Positions 49,134-62,360 of a DNA stretch of 64,000 bases are shown one piece after another. Within the stretch, counting starts at the first letter, position 1. Each line of letters opens with the position of its first letter. Source of the DNA: Mobula hypostoma. Lineage: Eukaryota. The position numbers and the translations under genes were made by a program. The notes under the pieces were generated by a model, which was not told the origin of the DNA, did not search any database, and saw only the letters and a program-made list of their open reading frames with translations. The stretch spans positions 67,580,001 to 67,644,000 of the forward strand of contig NC_086097.1 in NCBI RefSeq assembly GCF_963921235.1, read 5' to 3'.

Positions 49134-52100
49134 CTATTGACCCTGTACCCACCGATGTATGTACCCACGAGACACCACGCACTCCAAGCCCTATACAGAC
49201 ACCACACGACACTCCCATACCGGGCGCGACACACACGCACGAGGGATTACCAACGCCTAACGTGTTGACATCTCAAGTCAGGCCGGAACCAGCACAACCG
49301 CCGTCGCTGATGCAATCACCGCCGGTGCTACGTAGATCACAGCGACGGACTCGACCGCCTGATAGACTTAACCTGTAAATATACTTCTTGTAAATATTGT
49401 CAGTCACTTCACCCCACGGGACTCTTTTTAAAAAAAGGAGGGGTGAATGTGGTAAACCATATATATGTTGTAACTGGGTTAACTGTCTGGACACGCCCCT
49501 CTGCTGACTGCCCCGTGGCTCCTCCTACAGATTCCTGAATAAAGGTGATTTCGCCCTGCTCCTCCCCCTCAGTCCGAGGGAAGACACTCAGCATGGAGGT
49601 CGTATTGTACAGCGAATAAAAGCCTTTTAGTATTTTACCCAACTTCAGTCTTTTGGAGTTATTGAAGGTGCTTTACCACCCCCCCCCCCCCAAGGCTCCG
49701 TTTTTCACAGGGATCTCTCTGTGACTCCTTTGTTCATTTGTTCCTCCCCACAGATCTTCCTCCTGGTACTTATCCCTGTAAGCACAGGTGCTACATCTGC
49801 CCATTCAACCCCTCCCTCACCCCTACTCAGGGCCCCAAGAAGTCCTTCCAGGTGAGGCACCACATCACCTACGAATCTGCTGAGGGTTGTCTCTCGTATC
49901 TGGTGCTCCGATGCAGTCTCCTCTGCATTGGCGAGAGCCGATGTAGATTGGGGGATTGCTTTGTCGAGCACCTTTGTTCCATCTGCAAAAAGCAGGATTC
50001 CCCACTGGCCAGCCATTTTAATTCTAATCTCCATTCCCATTCCGACATGTCAGTCCATGACCTCCTCTACTGCACCGTGTGTAGGAGCAACACCTTATAT
50101 TCCATTTGGGTTGCATCCAAACTAATGGCATGAACACTGATTTCTCCAACTTCCAGTACCTTGCCCACCCAGTTCCCTCTTCTTCAATTTCCCACTGACT
50201 CCCCTTACTTCTCCTTACCCGCCTGCCAACTCCCTCTGGTGCCCCTTCTCCTTCCCTTTCTCCAATGCTCCACTCTTCTATCAGATTCCTTCTTCTGCAG
50301 CCCTTTACCATTCATTTCTATAGATACTGCCTGACCTGCTCAGTTCCTCTAGCATTTTGTGTGTGTTGCTAAGGAATTCTGGCTGCTCAAGAGAACTTTG
50401 GCCTGAATCCTTTGTGCTTCTATCTTCTGGCTGCATGTAATAGAGTTTTAAAGAAGATGCCAGAAATACAAGATGGTCACCAAAAGGGAATTTGATGGAA
50501 ACCTCTTTTTTCAGAGAGTGTTGAGAATGTAAGACTCACTATCACATGGAGAAATTGATGTGAATATTTAGAATACTTTGAAGAGTACTTTGAATACTTA
50601 AATACAGGAGAGTGAGAAGAATGGAAGGATAATTTGATTGGATTAGAAATATAGAAGGAGGAGTCTTGTGCGAAGCCATAATACTGGCATCAATCAATTG
50701 GATTGACTGGACAGTTTCTATGTTTTAATCCCTGTGCAAATCTAATACATTATTTAACAGTGTGAAGCATCAAAGATATATCAGATTCTGACCGAAGCCT
50801 TTGATCAGGAATGGTTTTGCAAGGTGCATTTTTTTTTAACCATATGAAGGAATTTCATCTAAAGCCCAATAATTCCTGTGCTGATGGTGCCATTTGTTTA
50901 GTTTACCCAGGGTGCTCAATACAAATAAGTATCAATACAAAGATTTCCAAATTGCAACGGGCTTCAATTGGAATTAAGTGTTTTTTTCCCCCTTTCACCC
51001 CATTTATATCAATGCAGTTCTTGACTAGCAAATCTTAGCACAAATAAATCTATATTAATAATTTGAGATGAATAGGTCCCTTCTGTTTATAGATATGACC
51101 AACTTTCATAGTAAAATTAAGCAAAACTAATGAACATGATAAGGATTCAAATTTAGATTTCACGAGTTAGAGAAAAATCAGAAGTCCTAATTAATGTGTG
51201 AAACTGAAGCTTGACTTTGAGTATTAAAATTAAGAGGGACCTGATGAACAGTACACTTGAACCTGCTTTTAAGTTTATACCTGTGTGTAGGTATGCAGTT
51301 GTTATTTTATTCTTTATTTTGATTAATTGAGAAGTTATTGATCGGAACATCTCATTGCTTGACACACTCTCATCAACTGACTGATTTGTGGGAGGCTCCA
51401 GGTTTCTATGTTGCTCAGTAAGCAAATGTTCTGAGCTAAGCAAAATCAGATCTACATAAAATATTGACTGATTTCCCTTTTGTTTCTGGAAAGTCTCTAA
51501 CTTAAATTTTATATGCCGTAATCATATATGGACAAAATCAAGAACTTACTGCTCTATAGCCAAATATCCCATATCACCTTTCTTGGATCTTGTACATTAT
51601 GTCAAGACACCACATTATTTTCATTTGAATTGTAGTAATGGAATACAGTTTGTATCAATCAGCAGTTTAATCTGATTCACAATGTGTATTTATATGATCC
51701 ATAGACTTATATCTCATGAAATGAGGAGTTGTCAACTTATTCACAAATGGCAAAATCAAATGAAAAGGGGAAATTACCTTTTACATGTAGATGCATCATT
51801 ACCGTTATGGTATTAAAATTAAGTTTATAACATAGCATCCTTTGTGCTTATATCCAGTTTCAGATCATTTATGTCCTTCACCTTCATTGTTTAGTCATTG
51901 TTGAATCTGTTTCTTCTGCTTGACAGAGGAATGTGTGTGAATTTCCTATTGCCATCAGTATTAACCTCTGAGCAGCAAATAAGGGGCACCTATTTATAAT
52001 GCTTACTGATTTGCCCAATCTTCCTCTGGCAGCTAAATCAGATCAATTTCCTATTACAGAGACCTATATTTATTAATCTGGATAAAACTTTTAGACAAAG

Positions 52101-53384
52101 GTAGTTTGAACTATAATCAAAGCTGGAAATCAAACTTTGGTTTCCTGGTTGAACACTCAGCTCATTACTGCAAGAGCAAGAATAATATTCATAATTACCT
52201 TTCCAAGATAGGCAGAGGCAGTAATAAGTAAGAGATGATATAAACACAAACATGATCGTAGGTGCAGTTGCACTATAATTTATATTTCCTTAATTATGTC
52301 CGGTTCATGTGATTAAACTAGTGTTAACAAGCCACTATCAAAATAGCTGTGAGGTAGTAACTAACACTACATTGCCTCTGATTTTGTTTTATATATATTT
52401 ATGCTTTTATGGTTTGGTTCTTCTCATTTCTTAATTATTCAGATTATATGACTGAGCTATTAGTAATTGAGTTGCTAGAAATAAACTGTTTAATGGCATA
52501 TAACTTAGTGTAACCATTTTTCCACATTGTATTTTGCAGAATTGTAGCAGATATTTTTATCTCCATAAAGGTCCACCATATTTGCAAATATTGTAATAAG
52601 CACGGTCAGGACAAAAATTTGATGGAAGCAGAAGATAGTAGACAAAAAACTCACTTTCACAACTGCTTGAGGAATGATTAATATGTAGCAGGTTCTCAAT
52701 TCTGATTAATGTGGCACACTAGTCCTCTAGTTCTGCCCAACGTGAAAGCTTAACTGACCACATGACTTTCTTCAGTGAGAATGCATCATTAATTTGCTTT
52801 AAAAAGTTAATTGTAGTTCAAGGGAGAGTCAACAGAATGGGAAAGTATAATTAGATATGGAAATAATGTCTTTTAGACACAAAATATCTCAAAGGTATTT
52901 TATAGACAGAAGAAACTTAATTATCAGCATAAAGAAAGGGTTAGATATTGAGTAGTGGTGGGGAAAAATGATTCATTTGCCAACAATTGTGAAATTTGCA
53001 AATATATCTAGAAATATTTGTTAACTAACTAGACAAAATAATCAAAACTATTGTTCTTACAATCACAAAATAAAAGTATATTAATCAAAATATATCAATA
53101 CATTTTGTATACAGCATACTCTTGCAAGAAGTTTATTAACCATATACAGTGTATTGCAGTTAAATGAATACTTGCATCTCAAAAGATCTAAAGAACCACT
53201 GATACTAACAATATCCTTGGGCAGCACAATAATATTTGGCAAAACACAAATAAGAATGAACCAAGCTATTAAGTATTTGTCATCAATAACATCTACTGAA
53301 GTAATTGTAATCTCAGATTCCCTTGGTAAATTGGCTGTATTTGTTACCCATTTTACCACCAGCCCAGCTTTTCCTTTCATTCAA

Positions 53385-53914
53385 ATGGCCCTGTACATCA
53401 TGGATAAAACCCTCCCAACTATTAAGCACATCTACATGAAACGTTGCTGTAGAAAACCGGCATCCATTATCAAAGATCCTCACCACGCAGGTCATGCTCT
53501 TTTCTTGCTGCTGCCATCAGGTAGAAGGTACAGGTGCCTCAGGACTCACACCACCAGGTTAAAGGACAATTACTAGCCACCAACCACCAGGCTCTTGTTC
53601 AAAAGGGGATAACTACACTCATCTTGCTTCTGGTGTGCCCACAATTGATGGTCTCACTTTAATGCTGCCTGGCCTGCTGCGTTCACCAGCAACTTTTATG
53701 TGTGTTGCTCTCACTTTAGGGACTCTTTATCTCGTTATTTCATGCTCTTTTTATTTATTGCTATTTATTTATGTTTGCATTTGCAGCGTTTGTTCATTGA
53801 TCCTGTTTACAATTACTGTTCTATAGATTTGCTGAGTATGCCCGCAAGAAAAAGAATCTCAGGGCCGTATGTGGTGACATGTATGTACTCTGATAATAAA
53901 TTTTACTTTGAACT
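53385..53914 (+). mobile_element. Rex1/Babar LINE 3' end with a 47-bp Penelope pLTR insertion (53662-53708)
   Basis: LPTIKHIYMKRCCRKPASIIKDPHHAGHALFLLLPSGRRYR; tail aataaattttactttgaactt; nested piece flanked by TCTCACTTTA (53652-53661, 53709-53718). Confidence 0.85.
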
Positions 53915-54210
53915 TTTGGGTCCAATCTTCTATTCCCAAGGGTTTTTTAAAAGTTACCATGAATGTTACATTTTCTGTTGGAAAAAATGTCTCATTTAGT
54001 CCAGATAGGGATGTTGACATGTTGATGTAAATGGGTAATCAAGTAATGTGTAAATAGTGTACATAAAAAAATATGAGCAATAAAAACTACAGTAAATACT
54101 TCAAAATATATGTCTGTTGAATCTAAAACTAATCCTAAAGGCATGTACTACAGGGAACTTCTCAACACTAATCATCAAATCCACTGCATAGCATGACTGC
54201 ATTTTCTTAC

Positions 54211-54358
54211 CTCAGAACGTAATTAACCCAGATAACATTTTTCTCACTGGCATTTTTTGCATTGAATGCAATAGTGGCACTGGACTGGATCCAAATGTAG
54301 CCTCCATTTTTCTGCAGCCAGCGATAGTACTTTGTTACACATTGGCCCTTATTCAATA
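54211..54358 (-). CDS. NPAS3: NPAS3 exon encoding the PAS-B C-terminal (PAC) motif (148 bp)
   Basis: tttag|TA TTG AAT AAG... encodes [48 protein letters not shown](S); donor CTGAG|gtaag. No further upstream exon recognised inside the window. Confidence 0.97.
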
Positions 54359-55849
54359 CTAAATAAAGAAGATTAATTTCCATTAGTAAGGGTAGTAATA
54401 TAGAAAGAACATTAAACTTTACAAATGTAAAATAGAGCTCATATACCCACCTACAAAGAATAAACAACTTGCTTACACCGATCTTGCTCTTGTAAACAAG
54501 AGTAGTCTGGTGCTTTCAGACCAGCTATTGCCCCCTCTATTCATTAGCACTAGGGCAGGTTTATCTCACAACACTTTTCAGGTCAAGAATTTAGCATATT
54601 AGAAATCTGACACCTCATTTGATGTACCTTGTCATCTTGCTATGTGTTGGAACATCACAAGACTGTTTCAGAAAGCTTACAGGCATCCAATCATAGGTAT
54701 GATATTGAGAAAAATTGCACAAAGAAAGGTTTCTGCTTCTACTTATTTTCGAAAGGTAAGAATATGGCTTTCAAATATCTATCACATTATTTTCATTGTC
54801 AAACCTTGGTACATTAACAAATGTTGCACATAGTAGCACTTGTGCAGTGTTACAAGTTTATGCTTCATTATATGAAAAAAGTGCATTTGTTATGACTGTT
54901 GCCACTTGGCTAAATGTATTCACACAGCACTTAAGGCAAAACTTGTAGAAGAACGTCACTATTAATTCTCAAGTATCCAGAACAGATTTTCAATTAAAAA
55001 TAACATACTTATTACAAAACTTGACCACAAGATGGTGCATTTTCCTCACTACCCACTTTAGGTCTGTGACTATACAAATGTTATACTTCTGCTAAAATGA
55101 AGAAACTCTAATTATGGTAATAAATCTGATCATCTTAGCTGTGAAATGGTTTTGTCAACTGATACATATTTCCATTAATCATTTGCAGCTATAAATTAGA
55201 ACAAGATGGAATGTTTCAGAGCAACATATTTCATTTACCAGTATGTTCAATCTGTCTGTTTAATTGCAACTAATAAGTGTCAAATGTACAACCACTGTGT
55301 AAATTTTGAGCAAGGCAACTGAAAGGAACATATTCTTCATTGGTAATGAATTTCAAGAAAAACGGGTTAATCTTGTAGTTCGTTGGTCAATAAAAGTAAT
55401 GTATCAATGACTAATAAGGTAGAATTTGCATAAACAATAAACATTGTACCAGGAATAATTAGCCATCATATGACAAAGCTCCTTATAAAATGATAAATGT
55501 CTTCAAAAAATTGAATCTGCTCACAGTCTCAATAAACTATGCTGAATGTGCAATCAGGCTTTTGTTTTGTAATCCTGAAACATGTCCAATTGGCTAATCA
55601 TTCTATAAAATTCAAAGGTCAAGATAAGACAAGTTACATTTATTTCTGTTAATTATTAATTTATTTTAGTGCTTAAATTATTTATTCTGATTACTGTCAA
55701 ATGTTTTCGGAGAAGTTTTCATTGGTAAAGCTTTTCTAACCCAGCCACATCAAGTAGTTCCCCTGGTCATCATCTATTTCCCTATTAGTCTACACATCTA
55801 GTGTACCATTCTTCACTGCCTGTGTGAACTACAACTTCACCTCATCACT

Positions 55850-56765
55850 AACCACATAAAACCCTTTCCTCTTCCATTCCTGCTTTCTGTAGGGCTCACT
55901 GACTTCCTGGCCTGCTCATCCCTCCCCACCATCAGTCCCTGGCACTTGTCTCTAAACCTCCTCTCTCATCACATCCGGGCCCCAGATAGGTCCTTTTGAC
56001 GAGGCAGTTCTTCACAAGGAAATCTCACAGATTTTTACAATTGCATCTAGTACTCTCATTCTGGCACCTCTATGTCACTGAGACCTGACATAAAACTGGG
56101 TGACTGCTTCACCAATCACCTTGGCTCTATCGGCTGCGACCAACTGGATCTCCCAGTTTAATTCTCCTCACAATTCCTACACCAACATATCTGTCCTCAA
56201 CCCCCTTCATCACCAAGTTGAGGCTAAACTCAAACTAGAGGAACAGCACCTCTTAATCTACCAGCCTACAAGTTGGCAGGGTGAACACTCAATTCTCAAA
56301 GTACCTGTAACTGCTCCTCTCTGTCTCTTTCCTCCCTCCTCCTGATCCACTTGGCTTCCATCACCATGTCTCTTTCCATTCCTCCATCAACTCCATCAGC
56401 CCATCATCCACCCCCTCCTCCCACTAGTTCCCCTCCCCCACTATCCCCACTTCCCTCCCTTTACTTCATGCTCCAGCTTCCTCTCCAATCAGATTCCATC
56501 ACCTTCAGCCCACTGGCACTTCCCCTATCACATCTTGGCTTCTGAGACCATTCCCACTCTCCCCCCATCAGCCTTTCATCCACTCCCAATTTGGATGTAA
56601 CTATTGCCTCCAGCTTCTGTCCACCCCTTCATTCCATCTTTTTATACTTGTCTTCACCCCTCTACCATTTAGTCCAGATGAAGAATCTCAATCCAAAACA
56701 CCAATTGTTCCTTTTCCTCCTAAAATATTGACAGACTGTTGAATCCCTTCAGTGTTTTGGGGTGT
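55850..56765 (+). mobile_element. Old Penelope-like GIY-YIG 3' fragment and pLTR
   Basis: EAKLKLEEQHLL motif, pyrimidine-rich pLTR, decayed hammerhead (cagatgaag...aaaac) near 56675. Confidence 0.7.
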
Positions 56766-57439
56766 CTTCACATCAAGTGATTGCATAGTTCAAGCATGTG
56801 CACCACCCGGGCCTGCAAGGCTGGTTATACGCATTTGGACCAGGTAAATGCAGAGTTATGAGAGAAGTGCTGTAAATGTGGGGAATGAGTTCCCACAGCA
56901 AAAACTTGGCTGAATATTAAAGGATACTATCGAACAGTATGATGGCACATACCTCACAGCACCAGGTACACGTTCAAACCTGACCTTACATGTCATCATG
57001 CGTCTAACTCTAGTCTTACTGACTCACGTACCTAGGGGTGGTAAACAGACCTCGTGCCTCTGCCTGCAGAGAACTCCAATCCTGGTACCCAGCAACGACT
57101 CGCTGACCTGGGGGTGGGGGGGCACCAGGCCCTCATCCTCGTTGGCCCGCCTGGCCAACATCCGACCACGGATGTCCTTTGTCCCACGTCCCCGTCACCC
57201 CGGCCCTTGAAAGTGGAATGCAGAATGCGGAGCGGAGGCCTATACTCTAGCTTGACCCTTAATTCCTCCACATCACTGTTCATAAACCCTAACCTGACCC
57301 TTAACTCATTTTCTGTTCCCCTAAATCATCCCTACAAACCTAAAAAAATCAAACAACTCTGAACTTAGTGATGGGGATCATAGCTCGGTGCCATCTTGAC
57401 TGATCAATTCACAGTGGATAATCAATAACTTCATCTATC

Positions 57440-57883
57440 TAATAGCTGTTTAGGACATCACTAACATATGCTTCAGTTATACAGGGTATTTGTGAGACCT
57501 TATCTGGAATACCACATACAGTCCTGGTCTTATTTAAGGGAAAATGTTACAGGTTTTGAAGCAGAGGACAATTGTGAGACAATATCTGGAATGGCCATGT
57601 CTTTGTTGAGAGCTTGAAAGGACTCAGCTTTTATCTGCTGTGGTTAAAAAATGTGATATGATTGAAACTACAAAATTGTGAGTGGTCTTGATAGGATGGA
57701 TATAGAAAGGATGGTGGCTATGGGAGAATTTAGAACCCAATATCTTTCTTCATAAAAAATATGGGGTTGCCCGTTTAAGACAGGAGTGAGACAATTATTT
57801 TCCCTCTGAGGTTTGTGAGTCTTTGGAACTCTTCCTTAAATGGTAGTGGAAGCAGAGTCTTTGAATACTTTTAAGGAAGAGGT
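57440..57883 (+). mobile_element. Old CR1 3' fragment; its last 119 bp recur at 59971-60089
   Basis: RPYLEY remnant and ttgataggatggatatagaaaggatg; direct repeat 57765-57883 and 59971-60089. Confidence 0.7.
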
Positions 57884-58750
57884 GCAAATGTTCACCCATA
57901 TTTTCTGAAAATTACACAGGATGCTTTAACTGTTTACAATTGCTTGACAGCACAGCAGCCTATCAATTCAGAACATTCCCATTCCTCTCCTTATTTCCTT
58001 GCAACCCATTTGCTTTTAATGCTCATTAACTCCCCCTGATTCTCCTACAATGCACCAGCAAGGATATTTACAGTAGCCAGCTAACCAACCAGCACATCCC
58101 TGGGTACAGAATAAACTGAGACTGACAGAAGAAACCAATAGAGTCTCTGGGAGAATATGCAATGTAGACACTGTCAGAGGTCAGGATTAAAGCACTTGCT
58201 GGGGCAGGAAGGCACCAGCTCTGCCTGTTGTATCATAGTGCCACCTGTAATCAATTGTCTTGAGTAGCTATTTTACTGGGTTATCTGCTTTTCTGCCTTT
58301 GAAATGGAAAGCTAGTGGTTTTATTTCCACTCTATAGAGTTTGTTTGGCTGGTTCTTCTTTGCAAATCTGAGGGAGTTACTGCACTATTCAGGACGCAGC
58401 TTTTCAGATAAGATGTTAAAATAAGGTTGCAATTACTTTTTCTTCCAAAAATAAATAGTTCATTAGCTCCTAAACTGTTTGGATTATTTAAAAGGTGCTT
58501 TAGAAATGTACACTTTTGAAATGCATTGTGGGCTTTGCCTTTGGTTGCATATGAACATGTCATATGGTTTGGGCGCAGACCTTCTAAAATTAATAATCCT
58601 GCACACTCTATTAAATCTAAACCCACTCTCCACAGTTTGATTATTGAGATTTTTTTGTGGATAATGAAAACTAGTGGCGTAACAGTAATCAGTACATTTT
58701 GCAGAACATTTAGTTCTGCTTTTATCAACAAGATCAACTATTACATACCA

Positions 58751-59876
58751 GCAACACCATCTCTAGGAAGAAGCACAGTCGACGTTTCAGGCCGAGACCC
58801 TTTGTCAGGACTAACTGAAGGAAGAGATAGTAAGAGATTTGAAAGTGGGAGGGGGAGGGGGAGATCCAAAATGATAGGAGAAGACAGGAGGGGGAGGGAT
58901 GGAGCCAAGAGCTGGACAGGTGATAGGCAAAAGGGATACGAGAGGATCATGGGACAGGAGGCCCAGGGAGAAGGAAAAGTGGGGGGGGAGTCGGGGGGGG
59001 GAGTTGGGGGGGGCCCTCCCCACTGATCTCCCTCCTGGCACTTATCCGTGTAAGCGGAACAAGTGCTACACATGCCCTTACACTTCCTCCCTTACCACCA
59101 TTCAGGGCCCCAAACAGTCCTTCCAGGTGAGGCAACACTTCACCTGTGAGTCAGCTGGGGTGATATACTGCGTCCGGTGCTCTCGATGTGGCCTTTTATA
59201 TATTGGCGAGACCTGACGCAGACTGGGAGACTGCTTTGCTGAACACCTATGCTCTGTTCGCCAGAGAAAGCAGGATCTCCCAGTGGCCACACATTTTAAT
59301 TCCACATCCCATTCCCATTCTGACATGTCTATCCACGGCCTCCTCTACTGTAAAGATGAAGCCACACTCAGGTTGGAGGAACAACACCTTATATTCCGTC
59401 TCGGTAGCCTCCAACCTGATGGCATGAACATCGACTTCTCTAACTTCCGCTAATGCCCCACCTCCCCCTCGTACCCCATCTGTTACTTATTTTTATACAC
59501 ACATTCTTTCTCTCACTCTCCTTTTTCTCCCTCTGTCCCTCTGAATATACCCCTTGCCCATCCTCTGGGTCCCCCCCCCCCGTCTTCCTTCCCCGACCTC
59601 CTGTCCCATGATCCTCTCGTATCCCTTTTGCCTATCACCTGTCCAGCTCTTGGCTCCATCCCTCCCCCTCCTGTCTTCTCCTATCATTTTGGATCTTGCG
59701 CTCCCCCTCCAACTTTCAAATCCCTTACTCACTCTTCCTTCAGTTAGTCCTGACAAAGGGTCTCGGCCTGAAACGTCAACTGCACCTCTTCCTAGAGATG
59801 CTGCCTGGCCTGCTGCGTTCACCAGCAACTTTTATGTGTGTTGCTTGAATTTCCAGCATCTGCAGAATTCCTGTTG
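58751..59876 (+). mobile_element. Young 5'-truncated Penelope-like element with an inverted 5' pseudo-LTR
   Basis: GIY-YIG region CKRNKCYTCP..HFTCESAGVIYCVRCSRCGLLYIGET; about 58760-58975 is the reverse complement of about 59590-59800; 11-bp TSD ATTACATACCA (58740-58750, 59877-59887). Confidence 0.93.
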
Positions 59877-60310
59877 ATTACATACCATCAGTTGGCTAGC
59901 TCTCTCTGTAACCTCAGCCATCAGTGTGGATGAATTTAAAACCCCAGTTCATTCTTTGTAAATAATAAGAGGTTGCCCATTTAAGACAGGAGTGAGACAA
60001 CTCTTTTCCCTCTGAGGTTTGTGAGTCTTTGGAACTCTTCCTTAAAAGGAAGTGGAAGCAGAGTCTTTGAATGCTTTTAAGGAAGAGGTTATAATCAATT
60101 TAGCCATGATTTTATTAAATGGCAGATCAGGCTTGAGGGATCAAATGATGCACTCCTGATGCTAATTCTCACAGAGCTGTAAAGAAATATGGCAGAGAAA
60201 AAGGCCCTTTGGTCCACCAAGTCTGTCAGCATAATGCTATTACAGTGGCAGCTGTAAAATCAGGGTTCAATTCTGCTGCTGCCTGTGAAAAGTTTGAATG
60301 TTCTCTCCAT

Positions 60311-61124
60311 GAATCAGAATCAGAATCTCTGGCATATGACGTGAAATTTGATAACTTAGCACCAGCAGTTCGATGCAATACGATCTAGCAGAGAGAAAAA
60401 ATGGTAATAATAAATAAAATAAAACATAATAATAATAAATGAACAAGTAAATCAATTATGTATATTGAATAGATTAAAAAATGTGCAAAAACAGAAATAC
60501 TGTATATTAAAACAAAGTGAGGTAGTGTCCAAAGCTTCAATGTCCATTTAGGAATCGGATGGCAGAGGGGAAGAAGCTGTTCCTGCATCACTGAGTGTGT
60601 GTCTTCAGGCTTCTGTACTTCCTAACTGATGGTAACAGTGAGAAAAGGGCATGTCCTGGGTGCTGGAGGTCCTTAATAATGGACATTGCTTTTCTAAGAC
60701 ACCGCTCCCTAAAGATGTCCTGGGTACTTTGTAGGCTTGCACCCAAGATGGAGCAAATTAGATTTACAACCTTCTGCAGCTTCTTTCAGTCCTGTGCAGT
60801 AGCCCCTCCATACCAGACAGTGATGCAGCCTGTCAGAATGCTTTCCATGGTACATCTATATAAGTTTTTGAGTGTATTTGTTGACATGCCAAATCTCTTC
60901 AAACTCCTAATAAAGTATAACCGTTGTCTTGCCTTCTTTATAGCAACATCGATATGTTGGGATCAGGTTAGATCCTCAGAGATCTTGACAGCCAGGAACT
61001 TGAAGCTGCGCACTCTCTCCACTTCTGATCCCTCTATGAGGATTGGTATATGTACCTTCGTCTTACCCTTCCTGAAGTCCACAATCAGCTCTTTTGTCTT
61101 ACTGACGTTGAGTGCCAGGTTGTT
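60311..61124 (-). mobile_element. Rex1/Babar LINE 3' fragment inserted in a V-SINE-like element (about 60240-60310 and 61125-61300)
   Basis: (GAATCA)n tail at 60311 and minus-strand ORF2 C-terminal remnants; flanks carry gggttcaattc (B box), gtttgaatgttctctccatg and ttccttccacattccaaag (V-SINE core-like). Confidence 0.82.
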
Positions 61125-62014
61125 GTGGGCTTCCTTCCACATTCCAAAGCTGTTTGGTTAGCGTTATTGAGTTGTGGGCATGCTATATTGGCGCCAGAAG
61201 TGAGGTGGCCCTTACGGGCTGCCCAGCATAATCCTCACTGATTTGATTTGACACAAATGATGCATTTCACTGTGTGCTTCAATGTGACAAATAAACTTAA
61301 TTTTTAATTATAAATTAATTCTATTATTTATTCTATATTAACTTATTCATTCTAATTAACCTGTCCCAGATTCTACCACTTACCTATAAACTAGGAGCAA
61401 TTTGGTTGCAAAGCTGAGTGATAACAGGGAGAATGGTGCAAACTCCACACAGCCAGGACCCAAGATTAAGATTACACTGGATTTTAGCACAAAATCAAAT
61501 CAATCTCTCCTTAAAGGTTTAATCCAGAATTTGTAGTCAAAAGAATGCTACCTGCACTTACTGATGACCTGCAAGGAAAATTTAGACTTATGCCCCATGA
61601 GGGATTGCTGAGATAAACAAGCTCAATCCTCCTTGTTCACTTTATCTACATGCAGTCAGTTCATTGAAATTGACTGTTAATTCCATAAATCAGGTATGAT
61701 TTAGTGCATATTGCACAAGAGGACTCTCTGCCATAAGTTATGAGAACCTCTGCAAGAAGTCCAACATTTGGAACATATACAATATGTGTAAAATTTTGCG
61801 AACTTCTACACTTTGGAACAAACATCACAAAGATGGCATATTTTACACAAAGACATGTTGGAACTTAGCCAGGTAAATGCCAATATGTTCCTGTAAAATC
61901 TTGTTCTTAATACTTTCGCTATGTTATTTCTTCACTTTTTGACAGTTTTTGTGTCCAACAATAGCTGCTATGACTAATTATGCTGGGTAAACAGCTAAAC
62001 ATACACTCAAGCTC

Positions 62015-62360
62015 TCGGTCTGCACTCGCTGGAATTTAGAAGGATGAGAGGGATCTCACTGATATCTGCCGAATCTTGAAAGGGCTGGATAGAGTGGACA
62101 TGGAGAGGAATTTTCCAGAGTGGGAGAGTCTTGGACCCGAGGGCACAGCCTCAAAATAGAAGGATGTCCCTTTAGAACAGTGGTCCCCAACCTCCGGGCC
62201 GCGGACTGATACATTGCCGCGAAGAATGAAGTGGTGCAGCGGTGGCCAGAATGCACCCAGCACATCTTTAAGAAAAAAGCTGAAATAAGCAATCTAATTA
62301 ATTACGTGCCGCCCAGCACGTAAATATCGGCCCAGATCAGAGGTGACGCAATCGGCAATA
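62015..62360 (+). mobile_element. CR1 3' fragment followed by a truncated hAT-Charlie MITE end (from 62178)
   Basis: EFRRMRGDL-type CR1 sequence, then CAGTGGTCCCCAACC. Confidence 0.75.

Larger units (their letters stand above)
45252..49675 (+). mobile_element. Young, near-complete Ty3/Gypsy LTR retrotransposon, antisense within an NPAS3 intron
   Basis: LTRs 45252-45475 and 49448-49675 (9 substitutions and 2 indels by manual alignment); PPT aaaaaaaggaggggtgaa; probable 4-bp TSD CCAT/CCAC; order gag-PR-RT-RH-IN. Confidence 0.97.
45060..50370 (+). mobile_element. Penelope-like 3' fragment (GIY-YIG region and pLTR) split by the young Gypsy insertion
   Basis: RDRVPLILTYH before 45250; PTDLPPGTYPCK..CYICP..QGPKKSFQVR..CSLLCIGES..RLGDCFVEH after 49680. 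Confidence 0.85.

Noticed and set aside
49127-49378. Possible env or chromodomain after the integrase
   Set aside because: Pro/Thr-rich tail ending LRRSQRRTRPPDRLNL, typical of a frameshifted Gypsy integrase C-terminus; no signal peptide, transmembrane segment or chromodomain motif.
58526-59026. 166-aa plus-strand ORF
   Set aside because: Spans the junction of the duplicated block and the inverted pLTR; not preserved in copy B.
60595-61161. 188-aa plus-strand ORF
   Set aside because: Antisense frame of a Rex/Babar ORF2 fragment.
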